A stretch of DNA of 64,000 bases from Candidatus Levyibacteriota bacterium. Lineage in GTDB: Bacteria; Patescibacteriota; Microgenomatia; Levybacterales; UBA12049. The translations under genes and the position numbers were made by a program. Below the pieces are notes generated by a model that did not search any database, was not told the origin of the DNA, and saw only the letters and a program-made list of their open reading frames with translations. How positions within the stretch are numbered: the first letter of the stretch is position 1; the number at the start of each line of letters is the position of its first letter. The stretch covers positions 13,828-77,827 of the forward strand of contig DAIDHL010000001.1 of assembly GCA_027459745.1 (NCBI GenBank), in the 5' to 3' direction. This document shows, in pieces, positions 39,006-47,910 of this stretch.

Positions 39006-40065
39006 GGTAAATAAGTGGGGAGGAGCAGAAAGAGTGCTTCTTGCGCTGCACAAAATGTTTCCTGATGCTCCTCTTTATACATCAGTATATAGTCCTCGTT
39101 CAGCTACTTGGGCAAGTGTATTTAAAGTACATACATCTTTTTTACAGAGAATTCCGGTTATTCGCCGTAGACATGAATTAGTGCCATTTTTAATGCCAAT
39201 AGCTTTTGAGCAATTTAACTTCAGTAAATACGATTTAGTAATTTCTATAACCAGTGAGGCAGCAAAGGGGATCATTACGAATGGTAAAACCAAACATTTA
39301 TGTTACTGTCTAACTCCTACCAGATATTTATGGGGCGGTTACGAAACATATTTTTCTAGTCAAACCTTTAAGTTTCTAACAAAGCCAGCGGTTAATTATC
39401 TTAGAAATTGGGATAAGATTGCGAGTAGTAGACCGGATAAGATTGTTGCTATCTCCAAAGAAATACAATCCCAGATAAAAACATTTTACAAGCGGGAAGC
39501 TGATGTCATTTATCCTCCTTTGCTGCTTAATGAATTGAACAAAAAACGGCGTTCAAGTAGTACAAAAGAACAGCCTTATTTATTAATAGTGTCCCGCTTA
39601 GTGAATTATAAAAAGATTGATTTAGCCATAAAGGCTTGTAATCTGTTAAGATTACCATTATATATAATAGGTACAGGTAATGACTATTATAGATTACAGC
39701 TTATGTCAGGACCAACAATTAAATTTTTAGGCTCCTTGCCTGATGATGATATGATAGCTTATTACAAGAATTGTCGTGGCTTTATATTCCCAGGCAAAGA
39801 AGATTTCGGTTTGACAGCTTTGGAAGCACAATATTTCGGTAAGCCTGTTTTAGCTTATAATAAAGGTGGGGTAACAGAAACAGTCATTGATGGGAAAACT
39901 GGGATGTTTTTTAATGAATTAACTGTAGAGTCGCTAGCTGATGCGTTGACGAAATTTGTTAACTTCCGTTATAATCCAGATATCTGTAGAAAACAAGCGG
40001 AAAAATTTAGCTTAGAACGCTTTGAGAATGAATTTAACCGGGCAGTACATAGTTTAATTATATGA
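38980..40065 (+). CDS. GT4 glycosyltransferase (WbaZ-like)
   Basis: GGAERVL, CYCLTPTRYLW, SRLVNYKKID, EDFGLTALEA. Confidence 0.9.
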   Translation: MKVALVYDRVNKWGGAERVLLALHKMFPDAPLYTSVYSPRSATWASVFKVHTSFLQRIPVIRRRHELVPFLMPIAFEQFNFSKYDLVISITSEAAKGIITNGKTKHLCYCLTPTRYLWGGYETYFSSQTFKFLTKPAVNYLRNWDKIASSRPDKIVAISKEIQSQIKTFYKREADVIYPPLLLNELNKKRRSSSTKEQPYLLIVSRLVNYKKIDLAIKACNLLRLPLYIIGTGNDYYRLQLMSGPTIKFLGSLPDDDMIAYYKNCRGFIFPGKEDFGLTALEAQYFGKPVLAYNKGGVTETVIDGKTGMFFNELTVESLADALTKFVNFRYNPDICRKQAEKFSLERFENEFNRAVHSLII

Positions 40066-41147
40066 AAATTATTGTTTTTGCTGGTGGTGTAGGATCAAGA
40101 TTATGGCCTTTATCTCGTAAAAATACTCCGAAACAGTTCGGTAAAATTATTCAGGATCGTTCAATGTTACAAATAGCCGTGCATAAACTTTTTCCTGGTT
40201 TTGAGTGGAAAGACATTTATATTTCAACCGGTGAGCGTTATCAAGATATTATTAAGGAGCAATTGCCACTGTTGAACAAAGAAAATATAATTGTTGAGCC
40301 AGAAATGAGAGATGTGGGTCCAGCAGTTGGACTGGTTATCTCCAGATTAGTAAAAACTCATCCTGATGAACCAATAGTTCTGCTTTGGGGTAGCGATCAT
40401 TTAGTTAAAGAAGAAGCTAAATTTAGAAAAATTTTGAAAGCGGCAGGTAAGTTAATAGAACAAAAGCCGGATCGTATAGTCTTCATTGGACAAAAGCCTC
40501 GATATGGAAATCAAAATGTAGGATATATTGAATTTGGTGAAGAAATGAATAAGGCAGATGATTTTAATGTCTATAAATTTACAGGCTTCCAATATAGTCC
40601 ACCTTTGGAGATTGCACAAAAATATTCCACAGATGGTAAACACGCGTGGAATCTGGGATATTTTGCTACTACTCCTAAATTTTTATGGAAACTATTTGAA
40701 TCACTTGCTCCTGAGATCTTTGCAAAATTAAAAGTAATTCATGATGCATATGGCACTGAAAATTATGAACAAGTGTTGAAAGATGTTTATTCAACCATTG
40801 AGAAAATTTCTTTTGATAACGCTATTTTAGAAAAAATGGACACCAAATATGGTTGTGTAATTTCAGAAGATATAGGATGGAGTGATATTGGTGCCTGGGA
40901 AGCGATGAAAGAAGCTTTAAGCGATACTGTTGATGCTAACGTTACTAAAGGCAAGGTTATTCTTGAAGACTGCAAGGACTCTATTGTTCATAATGAAACA
41001 GGGCAACTAATTGTAGGTATAGATCTAGAAGGTCTTGTGGCAGTAAGTACGAATGATGTGATTTTAATTTGTCCTAAAGAGTCAGTTCCAAAAATTAAGA
41101 AGTTTGTTGCTAGTTTAAAAGGAACGGAGCATGAGAATCTTACATGA
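40062..41147 (+). CDS. manC: Mannose-1-phosphate guanylyltransferase
   Basis: AGGVGSRLWPLSR..PKQF, EPEMRD, SDH, SFDNAILEK, WSDIGAW. Confidence 0.88.
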   Translation: MKIIVFAGGVGSRLWPLSRKNTPKQFGKIIQDRSMLQIAVHKLFPGFEWKDIYISTGERYQDIIKEQLPLLNKENIIVEPEMRDVGPAVGLVISRLVKTHPDEPIVLLWGSDHLVKEEAKFRKILKAAGKLIEQKPDRIVFIGQKPRYGNQNVGYIEFGEEMNKADDFNVYKFTGFQYSPPLEIAQKYSTDGKHAWNLGYFATTPKFLWKLFESLAPEIFAKLKVIHDAYGTENYEQVLKDVYSTIEKISFDNAILEKMDTKYGCVISEDIGWSDIGAWEAMKEALSDTVDANVTKGKVILEDCKDSIVHNETGQLIVGIDLEGLVAVSTNDVILICPKESVPKIKKFVASLKGTEHENLT

Positions 41148-41815
41148 TGCCAACAGAAGAACTTAATCAATTTAGGGTTTATAATTTCATTAAAAGATTA
41201 ATGGATATAATTTTATCGATTATTCTATTAATAATTTTTTCACCTATAATACTAATTGTCGCATTAATAATAAAAATTGATTCTGAGGGACCAATTTTTG
41301 CAGATACTCCTAAAAGAGTGGGCAAAAATGGAGAAAGATTTTATCCTTATAAATTTCGCTCCATGATAACGAATGCTTATTATTTACTTAAGACAGATCC
41401 TAAATTTCGTAAGGCCTATGAGGAACAACAAAAAGGTGGAAATTATAAAATAAAGGATGATCCCAGAATTACGAAAATTGGCAAGTTTATCCGAAAATAT
41501 TCTCTGGATGAAGTGCCACAATTAGTAAACGTTTTAAAAGGAGACATGAGTCTAGTTGGTCCACGCCCATATTATCCGGAAGAATTAGAGAAACAGCAAA
41601 AACGTTATCCGGAAACTAAAGAGTTGGTAAGAGAAGTGTTATCTGTAAAGCCAGGTGTGACTGGATATTGGCAGGTTTCGGGGCGAAGTATGTTAAATTT
41701 TGATAAACGAATTAGTATGGATGCTGAGTATGCTCGTCGTAAATCAATTATTTACGATTTTTTTATCATACTTAAAACTCCGTGGGCTATGATTTCTGGG
41801 AAAAATGCCTTATAG
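41144..41815 (+). CDS. Priming phosphoglycosyltransferase (Bac_transf; WcaJ/WbaP catalytic domain)
   Basis: KRLMDI, KFRSM, DDPRITKIGKFIRKYSLDEVPQL, MSLVGPRP, KPGVTGYWQV. Confidence 0.92.
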   Translation: MMPTEELNQFRVYNFIKRLMDIILSIILLIIFSPIILIVALIIKIDSEGPIFADTPKRVGKNGERFYPYKFRSMITNAYYLLKTDPKFRKAYEEQQKGGNYKIKDDPRITKIGKFIRKYSLDEVPQLVNVLKGDMSLVGPRPYYPEELEKQQKRYPETKELVREVLSVKPGVTGYWQVSGRSMLNFDKRISMDAEYARRKSIIYDFFIILKTPWAMISGKNAL

Positions 41816-41840
41816 AGTCAGAGTATATATTTGTGTGACG

Positions 41841-41877
41841 TGTCAAGTTGACAAGTTACACCTCGGTTGAGTAATAT
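41841..41877 (+). promoter_or_regulatory. Promoter with palindromic -35 (TGTCAA-G-TTGACA)
   Basis: TTGACA(41848-41853)-18 nt-TAATAT(41872-41877); ATG at 41888. Confidence 0.5.
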
Positions 41878-41887
41878 TATTACTGTA

Positions 41888-43846
41888 ATGGATGGATTTA
41901 AGAAAATTGATTTTGCAGATAAAAAAGTTTTAGAGAAGCATGGTCTGTCTCCTGTTTCTCCGCAGCCTATGAGGACTAAAAGAACAAGTAAGAATTGGAA
42001 GAAAAAAGTTGGTGTAGGTGTAACTATTTTGGCAGTTGTTGTAATGATACTTATATTTGCAGTTGTAATTCCTGTAAAAAATCTTATTTCTTCTGCAAAA
42101 ATAACAAAAGCTTCGCTAACAGCTTTTTATGCTGCAGTTAAATCCCAGAATATTGATGATGCAGATAATCAATTACAACAAAGTAAAGCCGCTATGGCAG
42201 ATACAGCCCAAAAGCTAAATGCGATGGGTTATCTACAATTTGTCCCGATTGCCAATATGTACTATTCTGATGCTCAGCATGGTATGAAAGCAGGTACTGC
42301 AGCTTTGGATACCGCACAAGTAGTTATTAATGATTTAAAACCCTATGCGGATTTATTAGGCCTGAAGGGAAAAGGAAGTTTTGTGGGGGGGTCAGCAGCA
42401 TCACGCATTTCTACTGCAGTTCTTACATTGGGGAAGATTACTCCGGACATAGGTAATATTGCTACTAAGTTGGATCAGGTTAAGTCAGAAGTAGATGCTA
42501 TTGATCCTAATCATTATCCTGCTTGGTTATTTGGTAAGACAATTGGAGCAGATATCTCTCAAGCTCAGACTTATGTAGATGAAGGGGTAGTCGCAGTTAA
42601 CCAAGCCAGGCCATTTATTACAGAACTTCCTGCCTTACTAGGTGAAAATAGTCCACAAAAATACTTTATTATTTTCCAAAACGATAAAGAGCTTCGTCCG
42701 GGTGGAGGATTTATGACTGGATATTCAATTTTTTCTCTGGACAAGGGAGTGATAACCCCTGAAACATCATCTGATATTTATCCTTTGGATGACTCAATAG
42801 CAAATAAACCGGCTGCTCCAGCACCATTAGTTGAATATTTACATTTAACTGATCCCGTATATAACCTTCGTGATTCAAATCTCTCACCTGATTTTTTGAC
42901 CAATATAGACTTGTTCAAGCAAATGTATGCAAAATCATCTAGTTATCAGCCGGTAGATGGATATATCGCTATTGATACGTATGTATTAACATCCACGATT
43001 AAAATATTGGATAATTCTGTTTATGCAAATGGTATAGAATTTACTACTAACAATGATCCAAGATGTGATTGTCCCCAGGTTATCTACCAGCTAGAAAATG
43101 ATATTTCCCGTCCTGTTAACTATTTGAGAACGGACAGAAAAAGTTTGTTGGGTGCATTGTTGGTGTCTATTATGCAAAAATCCTTGCAATCTTCACCAAA
43201 GAAGTATTGGGGTCCTCTATTCCAATCCATGATTACTTTAACTTCTCAGAAGCATATCTTGTTCGATTTGAATGATGTTCAGGCGCAAAAAGGGTTAGAA
43301 GCCTTGAATGCAGCAGGTCAAATATTGCCGTTTAATGGAGATTATTTGTCAGTTAATGATGCTAATTTTGGAGGGGATAAGGCTAATTTATATACAAAGG
43401 AGGCAGTAGAAAGTGACTATACAATTGGCTCAGATGGTACAATTACGAAAACTGTTACACTTAACTATACCAATAATCATGCCCCTTCAAATTGCAGTCT
43501 TGCCAGTGGCGGGTTGTGCTTGAATTCAGACTTGAGAGACTGGATAAGAATTTATGTCCCACAGGGTAGTCAGCTGGTATCAAATACCGGATCACAAGTT
43601 ACAATGAAGACTTATAACCAACTTGGCAAGACAGTGTTTGAAGGTTATACAGATATCAGACCATTGGGTAAAGCTACCTTGTCAGTAACGTATAAGTTAC
43701 CTTTCAAGTTACAAAATGGATCGTCATTACCATTGATGATTCAAAAACAAGCAGGAACTGACGGTAACGAATATACAATTGTTTATAACGGACGACAAAT
43801 AGATCAATTCCCCTTGTTAACTGATAGAACTTTACAATTGAAGTAG
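41888..43846 (+). CDS. DUF4012 domain membrane-anchored protein
   Basis: N-terminal TM, coiled-coil, FQNDKELRPGGGF, LRDSNLSPDF, NFGGDKAN, IQKQAG. ATG at 41888 preferred over TTG at 41867. Confidence 0.8.
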   Translation: MDGFKKIDFADKKVLEKHGLSPVSPQPMRTKRTSKNWKKKVGVGVTILAVVVMILIFAVVIPVKNLISSAKITKASLTAFYAAVKSQNIDDADNQLQQSKAAMADTAQKLNAMGYLQFVPIANMYYSDAQHGMKAGTAALDTAQVVINDLKPYADLLGLKGKGSFVGGSAASRISTAVLTLGKITPDIGNIATKLDQVKSEVDAIDPNHYPAWLFGKTIGADISQAQTYVDEGVVAVNQARPFITELPALLGENSPQKYFIIFQNDKELRPGGGFMTGYSIFSLDKGVITPETSSDIYPLDDSIANKPAAPAPLVEYLHLTDPVYNLRDSNLSPDFLTNIDLFKQMYAKSSSYQPVDGYIAIDTYVLTSTIKILDNSVYANGIEFTTNNDPRCDCPQVIYQLENDISRPVNYLRTDRKSLLGALLVSIMQKSLQSSPKKYWGPLFQSMITLTSQKHILFDLNDVQAQKGLEALNAAGQILPFNGDYLSVNDANFGGDKANLYTKEAVESDYTIGSDGTITKTVTLNYTNNHAPSNCSLASGGLCLNSDLRDWIRIYVPQGSQLVSNTGSQVTMKTYNQLGKTVFEGYTDIRPLGKATLSVTYKLPFKLQNGSSLPLMIQKQAGTDGNEYTIVYNGRQIDQFPLLTDRTLQLK

Positions 43847-43914
43847 ATAATTTTTTTAGTCTTGCACAAAAATCTATTTAGATTTAAAAGGCCTTTTTTA
43901 TCTTACAAAATATT

Positions 43915-45306
43915 TTAATTGCCAAACCATGTCCACGAAGGGGTACCTGAATAGGTAAGTGTAATAGATTGTCCTGCTGGTACATAAAAAGAACCAGCAG
44001 TACTTAACCCTGTAGATTGTCCTCCAATGGCAACTCCTGTTATGGTTCCTCCGAAGAGGGTAACAAAGGCATCAAAACCAAAGTTGTTAGTGTATGCAGT
44101 TCCAGAGGCGGGAATTGCTGGTTGAGCAGGTGAGGTGAAATATCCCACGGGGTTAAATCCTTTGTTATCCTTTATTATATGTCCGGTGCCAGTACCTAAT
44201 TGAATCGCACCGCTACTCCAGGAACCACTGTCGGTACTAAAGTTGTTGCCTAGGATCATTATGTTGGTTGGAGTGCCGGAGGTTAAGTTTACACAGCTTC
44301 TTCCACTGCCGCCAGGGTTAAATTGGTTTCCTTGAATTAGAGTTTCAGAAATATTATCAGGTAATATTCCGTCGGCTGTTCCATGTGCACCTACATTATA
44401 GAAAATGTTACCTTGAATAATAATTCTATTTCCATTTAATCTTATATTTTCAGTACCCCCGACTCCATCAAAAGTACAACCAATAATTTTACCATTATCG
44501 CCTTGTATCTTAATACCTCTTCCATAAGTGCTATATATTGGGCCGACGAATACACAGTTCATATAGCTATTTAGTCCTGTCAAATCCACTATATGGAAAG
44601 ATCTATCAGTGTGTACTCCTCCCAGACCATTATTCTCAAAGTCACTGTTTAGTATCATATTTTCATCACTAGCATCAATTTGTAAACCGATTCCATCCCC
44701 TTCGTTACTAGATATACCATTATCAAATAGACAATTTACTACCCGATTGTGATGACCTGTACCTGAGTTGCCATCTTGAGATATATGAAGTCCTGCCCCC
44801 CAGGGATTGGTAAAATGACAATGATCCCACAAACATTGGATTGCTCCGTAAGCATAAAATATATCTCCGGCAGTTTGATTAGCGCCTTGTCCATCGAATA
44901 TGAGATTAGAAAAAAGCGCTCCTACTATGCCTTTACCAGCGGCTGGAGTAAATTGAATTAAATTGTCGTTTAAGGAAGCTTTAGCAATAATTTTTGCACC
45001 CATTCCATCAGCTGTACCCCAGCCTCCTTGTCCCATAACTCTAATAGAGTCTGAGATAGTAATTTTAGAACAGAGGTATTTACCATTGGGTAAAAATAAA
45101 GTTCCACCACTTGCAACGGCAGCGTTTACTGCATTTTGTAGGGCTGTTGTATCATCAGTAGTGCCATCTCCCACTACCCCATAATCTTTAGCATTGATGA
45201 AAAGATTTTTTAGTGTCCCATCTGAATTATGAGAAATTGCAAGAAAACTATTGAGAACATTGCCCCAATTTCCATCATCTCCTCCAACTGTAGGTAATCT
45301 AGCCAT
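43915..45306 (-). CDS. Right-handed beta-helix protein (Pectate_lyase_3/tailspike-like), no signal peptide
   Basis: NAKDYGVVGDGTTDDTTALQNA and LFLPNGKY cap, Asn/Gly-rich PbH1 repeats, small C-terminal beta domain. The N-terminus MARLPTVGGDDGNWGNVLN has no hydrophobic stretch. Confidence 0.85.
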   Translation of the reverse strand: MARLPTVGGDDGNWGNVLNSFLAISHNSDGTLKNLFINAKDYGVVGDGTTDDTTALQNAVNAAVASGGTLFLPNGKYLCSKITISDSIRVMGQGGWGTADGMGAKIIAKASLNDNLIQFTPAAGKGIVGALFSNLIFDGQGANQTAGDIFYAYGAIQCLWDHCHFTNPWGAGLHISQDGNSGTGHHNRVVNCLFDNGISSNEGDGIGLQIDASDENMILNSDFENNGLGGVHTDRSFHIVDLTGLNSYMNCVFVGPIYSTYGRGIKIQGDNGKIIGCTFDGVGGTENIRLNGNRIIIQGNIFYNVGAHGTADGILPDNISETLIQGNQFNPGGSGRSCVNLTSGTPTNIMILGNNFSTDSGSWSSGAIQLGTGTGHIIKDNKGFNPVGYFTSPAQPAIPASGTAYTNNFGFDAFVTLFGGTITGVAIGGQSTGLSTAGSFYVPAGQSITLTYSGTPSWTWFGN

Positions 45307-45320
45307 AATGTTATAAAAAA

Positions 45321-45497
45321 TTATCTTCCGTAAGGACCTGAACCAAACCCTTGTTCTGTTTTAGTTTGAGAAATAGAGTTTAAGGATTTAATAATGCCTG
45401 AAATTCCGGTTATGGTAATAATAAATAATCCAATGAGAAGCAGAAATTCTTTTCTGGTAACTTCTTTTTGAAGAAAATTATTATTGAGGAAATTCAT
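45321..45497 (-). CDS. Unannotated 58-aa Tat-signal-like membrane peptide
   Basis: Manual translation MNFLNNNFLQKEVTRKEFLLLIGLFIITITGISGIIKSLNSISQTKTEQGFGSGPYGR: TRKEFL motif plus h-region. It fills the gap between tatC and the beta-helix gene and has its own promoter. Confidence 0.75.
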   Translation of the reverse strand: MNFLNNNFLQKEVTRKEFLLLIGLFIITITGISGIIKSLNSISQTKTEQGFGSGPYGR

Positions 45498-45507
45498 AGC
45501 TATAAAA

Positions 45508-45537
45508 AGTATAGACAGAAATATTGTCGTATTTCAA
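45508..45537 (-). promoter_or_regulatory. Promoter for the 58-aa peptide and beta-helix gene
   Basis: Minus strand TTGAAA(45537-45532)-18 nt-TATACT(45513-45508); ATG 10 nt downstream. Confidence 0.5.
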
Positions 45538-45548
45538 GGTCTGCTATA

Positions 45549-46304
45549 TTAGAGATTGCCAGCCTGTTTGTTAAAAAAATAAATGATGACTACTGAAAGA
45601 TAAAATAAAATAATCAAAGGTATTGCCATAATAGTTTGGTCTATAGGATCTAGAGTAAAAATAGCCGAGACTACAAAACAAGCCACAATTAAATGTCTCT
45701 GATATTTTAAAAGAACATTTATTTTTAGAGGCAAAACAAAATTTATTAATATTAAGACAACTGGCAGCTGAAATAGTATAGATATGCCTATGAAATATTG
45801 CATCACAAAAGATAAATATTCATTGCTGGAAATTAATGGGTGCAGTTGGCCATTATTGAACAAATTAAAAAAATGTAGAGTAGCGGGAAGGCTTACTAAA
45901 TATGAAAAACTAAGTCCACAAATTAATAAAAAAACAGAAAGAAACATTAAAAAAAATATTGCTTTACCTATTTGTAAAGAAAATGTTGGTTGTATAAATT
46001 TAAAAATTTGATATACCAGTATAGGTAAAGAAATAATAAAACCAAAGATAACTGAAACTTGAAAGGCAAAATTCAGACCTCCCACGGGTGATGTGTAATA
46101 TAATGGCTCATTTAATGGGGTTATAAGAAATTTAATAAGAGTGCGATAAAAGTAAAAACCTAGGCACGTACATAAAAATAATGACAATAACCACCAAAGC
46201 AATCTGGAACGCAATTCTAATAAATGACTGTTAATTGAATTTTTTTTCGGAAGAGGATTATCTCGATTTAGTTTTTTTCTTTTTTGTGACTGATTTTTTT
46301 TCAT
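45549..46304 (-). CDS. tatC: Twin-arginine translocase subunit TatC
   Basis: HLLELRSRL, YQIFKFIQP, FQLPVV, QRH, DPIDQ, PLIILF; about 6 TMs; adjacent to tatA. Confidence 0.9.
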   Translation of the reverse strand: MKKNQSQKRKKLNRDNPLPKKNSINSHLLELRSRLLWWLLSLFLCTCLGFYFYRTLIKFLITPLNEPLYYTSPVGGLNFAFQVSVIFGFIISLPILVYQIFKFIQPTFSLQIGKAIFFLMFLSVFLLICGLSFSYLVSLPATLHFFNLFNNGQLHPLISSNEYLSFVMQYFIGISILFQLPVVLILINFVLPLKINVLLKYQRHLIVACFVVSAIFTLDPIDQTIMAIPLIILFYLSVVIIYFFNKQAGNL

Positions 46305-46461
46305 TGGTTAAATTCTCATCAGTTTTTTCATTCAGTCCTTTTCTAAATTCTTTTAAAGCTTCTCCCAAACCTCGAGAAATTTCTGAAATTCTTTTTCCTC
46401 CGAAAAGAAGCAATAAAATTAATAAAATTAAAAGTAACTCTTCAAATCTTAGTCCAAACAT
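46258..46461 (-). CDS. tatA: Twin-arginine translocase subunit TatA
   Basis: EELLLILLILLLLFGGKRI..GLGEALKEFRKGL: TM, FG hinge, amphipathic helix. Confidence 0.92.
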   Translation of the reverse strand: MFGLRFEELLLILLILLLLFGGKRISEISRGLGEALKEFRKGLNEKTDENLTNEKKSVTKKKKTKSR

Positions 46462-46538
46462 AAGCTTGCAATATTTCTTATCACATTATATGCTGGTATA
46501 TATCCCTCGTGCAATAGGTAATTGTTTTGACAAATAAT

Positions 46539-47315
46539 ATGTTAATTCTACAAAAAGTTAAAAGAACAATATTTATTTTATTTTACATAATCGTCTTAAC
46601 AACATTTACGCAACAAAATGTTTTTGCGTCTACATACGGTTCCGGAAACTATGGCTCAAGTATTTATAATAATGGATCATCAAATTCATCTGCCAGTTCG
46701 GGATCTTCTTCCTCTAGTGGAGGAAGTTCTGGGAATAATAATCATAGTAACCCCTGTACAAACATTCCGCCTGTTTCTTATCCAGACTTATACGAGATTG
46801 ATATAAAAGGAATCAATGCGACTTTGTACTTAGCACCACCTCCGATGCCTTATTCTAACTATCAAATCAGTTTTGGTAACGGTTCCAAAGATGAAGGATA
46901 TAATGTGACTTTTCCTATGAACAATGCGAAAGGGGCTATAGCCTATACTGTACAGGATTTGCAACCGAATACTAGTTATACATTCAAAGTCAGAGCGTTA
47001 AATGGCTGCATGCCCGGTAAGTGGTCATCAGACTTAGCGGCAAACTCTCAAGGTAAAGATAGTTCTTTTGTAGAGAAATACTATCCTTCTACACCTCCTG
47101 TTATACCATATGTTCCAGTAAAAAATGTGGTCACAACCCAGAGTGGTACTTATCAGAAAGGTTCACCTGCACAGTTTGTTGTACCACCACAACAGAGGCA
47201 GACGGTAACACAAAATGTCCAACCTAAAAATTCTAATTCCACATCTGCCAAGTCATCTGGAGGAAAATCTTGGTGGGGTAGTATTATTAACTTTATCTCA
47301 CATTTTGGACTTTAA
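46539..47315 (+). CDS. Secreted fibronectin type III domain protein
   Basis: Sec signal ending VFA, then YGSGNYG, Ser/Gly linker, FN3 signature LQPNTSYTFKVRALNGC, Pro/Ser/Thr tail, amphipathic WWGSIINFISHFGL end. Confidence 0.75.
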   Translation: MLILQKVKRTIFILFYIIVLTTFTQQNVFASTYGSGNYGSSIYNNGSSNSSASSGSSSSSGGSSGNNNHSNPCTNIPPVSYPDLYEIDIKGINATLYLAPPPMPYSNYQISFGNGSKDEGYNVTFPMNNAKGAIAYTVQDLQPNTSYTFKVRALNGCMPGKWSSDLAANSQGKDSSFVEKYYPSTPPVIPYVPVKNVVTTQSGTYQKGSPAQFVVPPQQRQTVTQNVQPKNSNSTSAKSSGGKSWWGSIINFISHFGL

Positions 47316-47364
47316 GGGGGAATAATTAAGTTAATTATATTATGGAAGTGAATAGTGTTTCCTT

Positions 47365-47910
47365 ATGAAAATTCTTAAAACAGAAGGCATTGTTATTAGA
47401 CGAAGAAATTTTGGTGAAGCGGATAAGCTATTGACTATATTTACTAAATCAAATGGTAAAATTACAGTTAAAGCACCTGGTATTCGCAAAGTAGCTAGTA
47501 GACGCTCACCTCACGTTGAATTATTAAATCGTACAAAATTAACTTTATATACCAATGGCAATATGCCTTTATTATCTGAAGCAGAAATGATATCTGATTA
47601 TAAGTTTATAAAGAATGATTTGTTGAAGGTAGGTTTTGGTTATCATATTTGTGAAGTCATTGATGGTCTATGTCCAGAAAATGAGTACAATGAAGATGTA
47701 TTTACTTTATTAGTGCAAACCTTAGATACGCTTTGTGTTGAAGAAGATACACATGAATTGATAAGGAACTTTGAATTAAGATTACTGGATCTATTGGGTT
47801 TTGCCAATAGACGTATGTGGACAAGTGACTATTTTAATGTACAGGCCTATATAGAGAGTTTGATGGAAAAAAAATTGAAGAGTAAAGATATCTTCTTGAA
47901 TAAACCCTAA
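47365..47910 (+). CDS. recO: DNA repair protein RecO (short form)
   Basis: EGIVIRRRNFGEADKLLTIFT, GIRK..SRR, FELRLLDLLGF. Confidence 0.88.
   Translation: MKILKTEGIVIRRRNFGEADKLLTIFTKSNGKITVKAPGIRKVASRRSPHVELLNRTKLTLYTNGNMPLLSEAEMISDYKFIKNDLLKVGFGYHICEVIDGLCPENEYNEDVFTLLVQTLDTLCVEEDTHELIRNFELRLLDLLGFANRRMWTSDYFNVQAYIESLMEKKLKSKDIFLNKP

Noticed and set aside
1-43846. LPS/O-antigen locus
   Set aside because: No lipid A, Kdo or Lpt genes in the window. The GT-C-rich content fits a monoderm surface glycan or glycoprotein system better, though this cannot be excluded from one window.
43870-43897. Bidirectional terminator between DUF4012 and the beta-helix gene
   Set aside because: The two palindromes (AAATCTA-TT-TAGATTT and AAAAGGCCTTTT) are short and AT-rich with little or no loop, too weak to call.
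43915-45306. Prophage tailspike
   Set aside because: No phage structural, integrase or lysis genes nearby; the context is tatAC.
46235-46537. 100-aa plus-strand ORF
   Set aside because: Antisense shadow of tatA with Phe/Ser-rich, non-protein-like composition.
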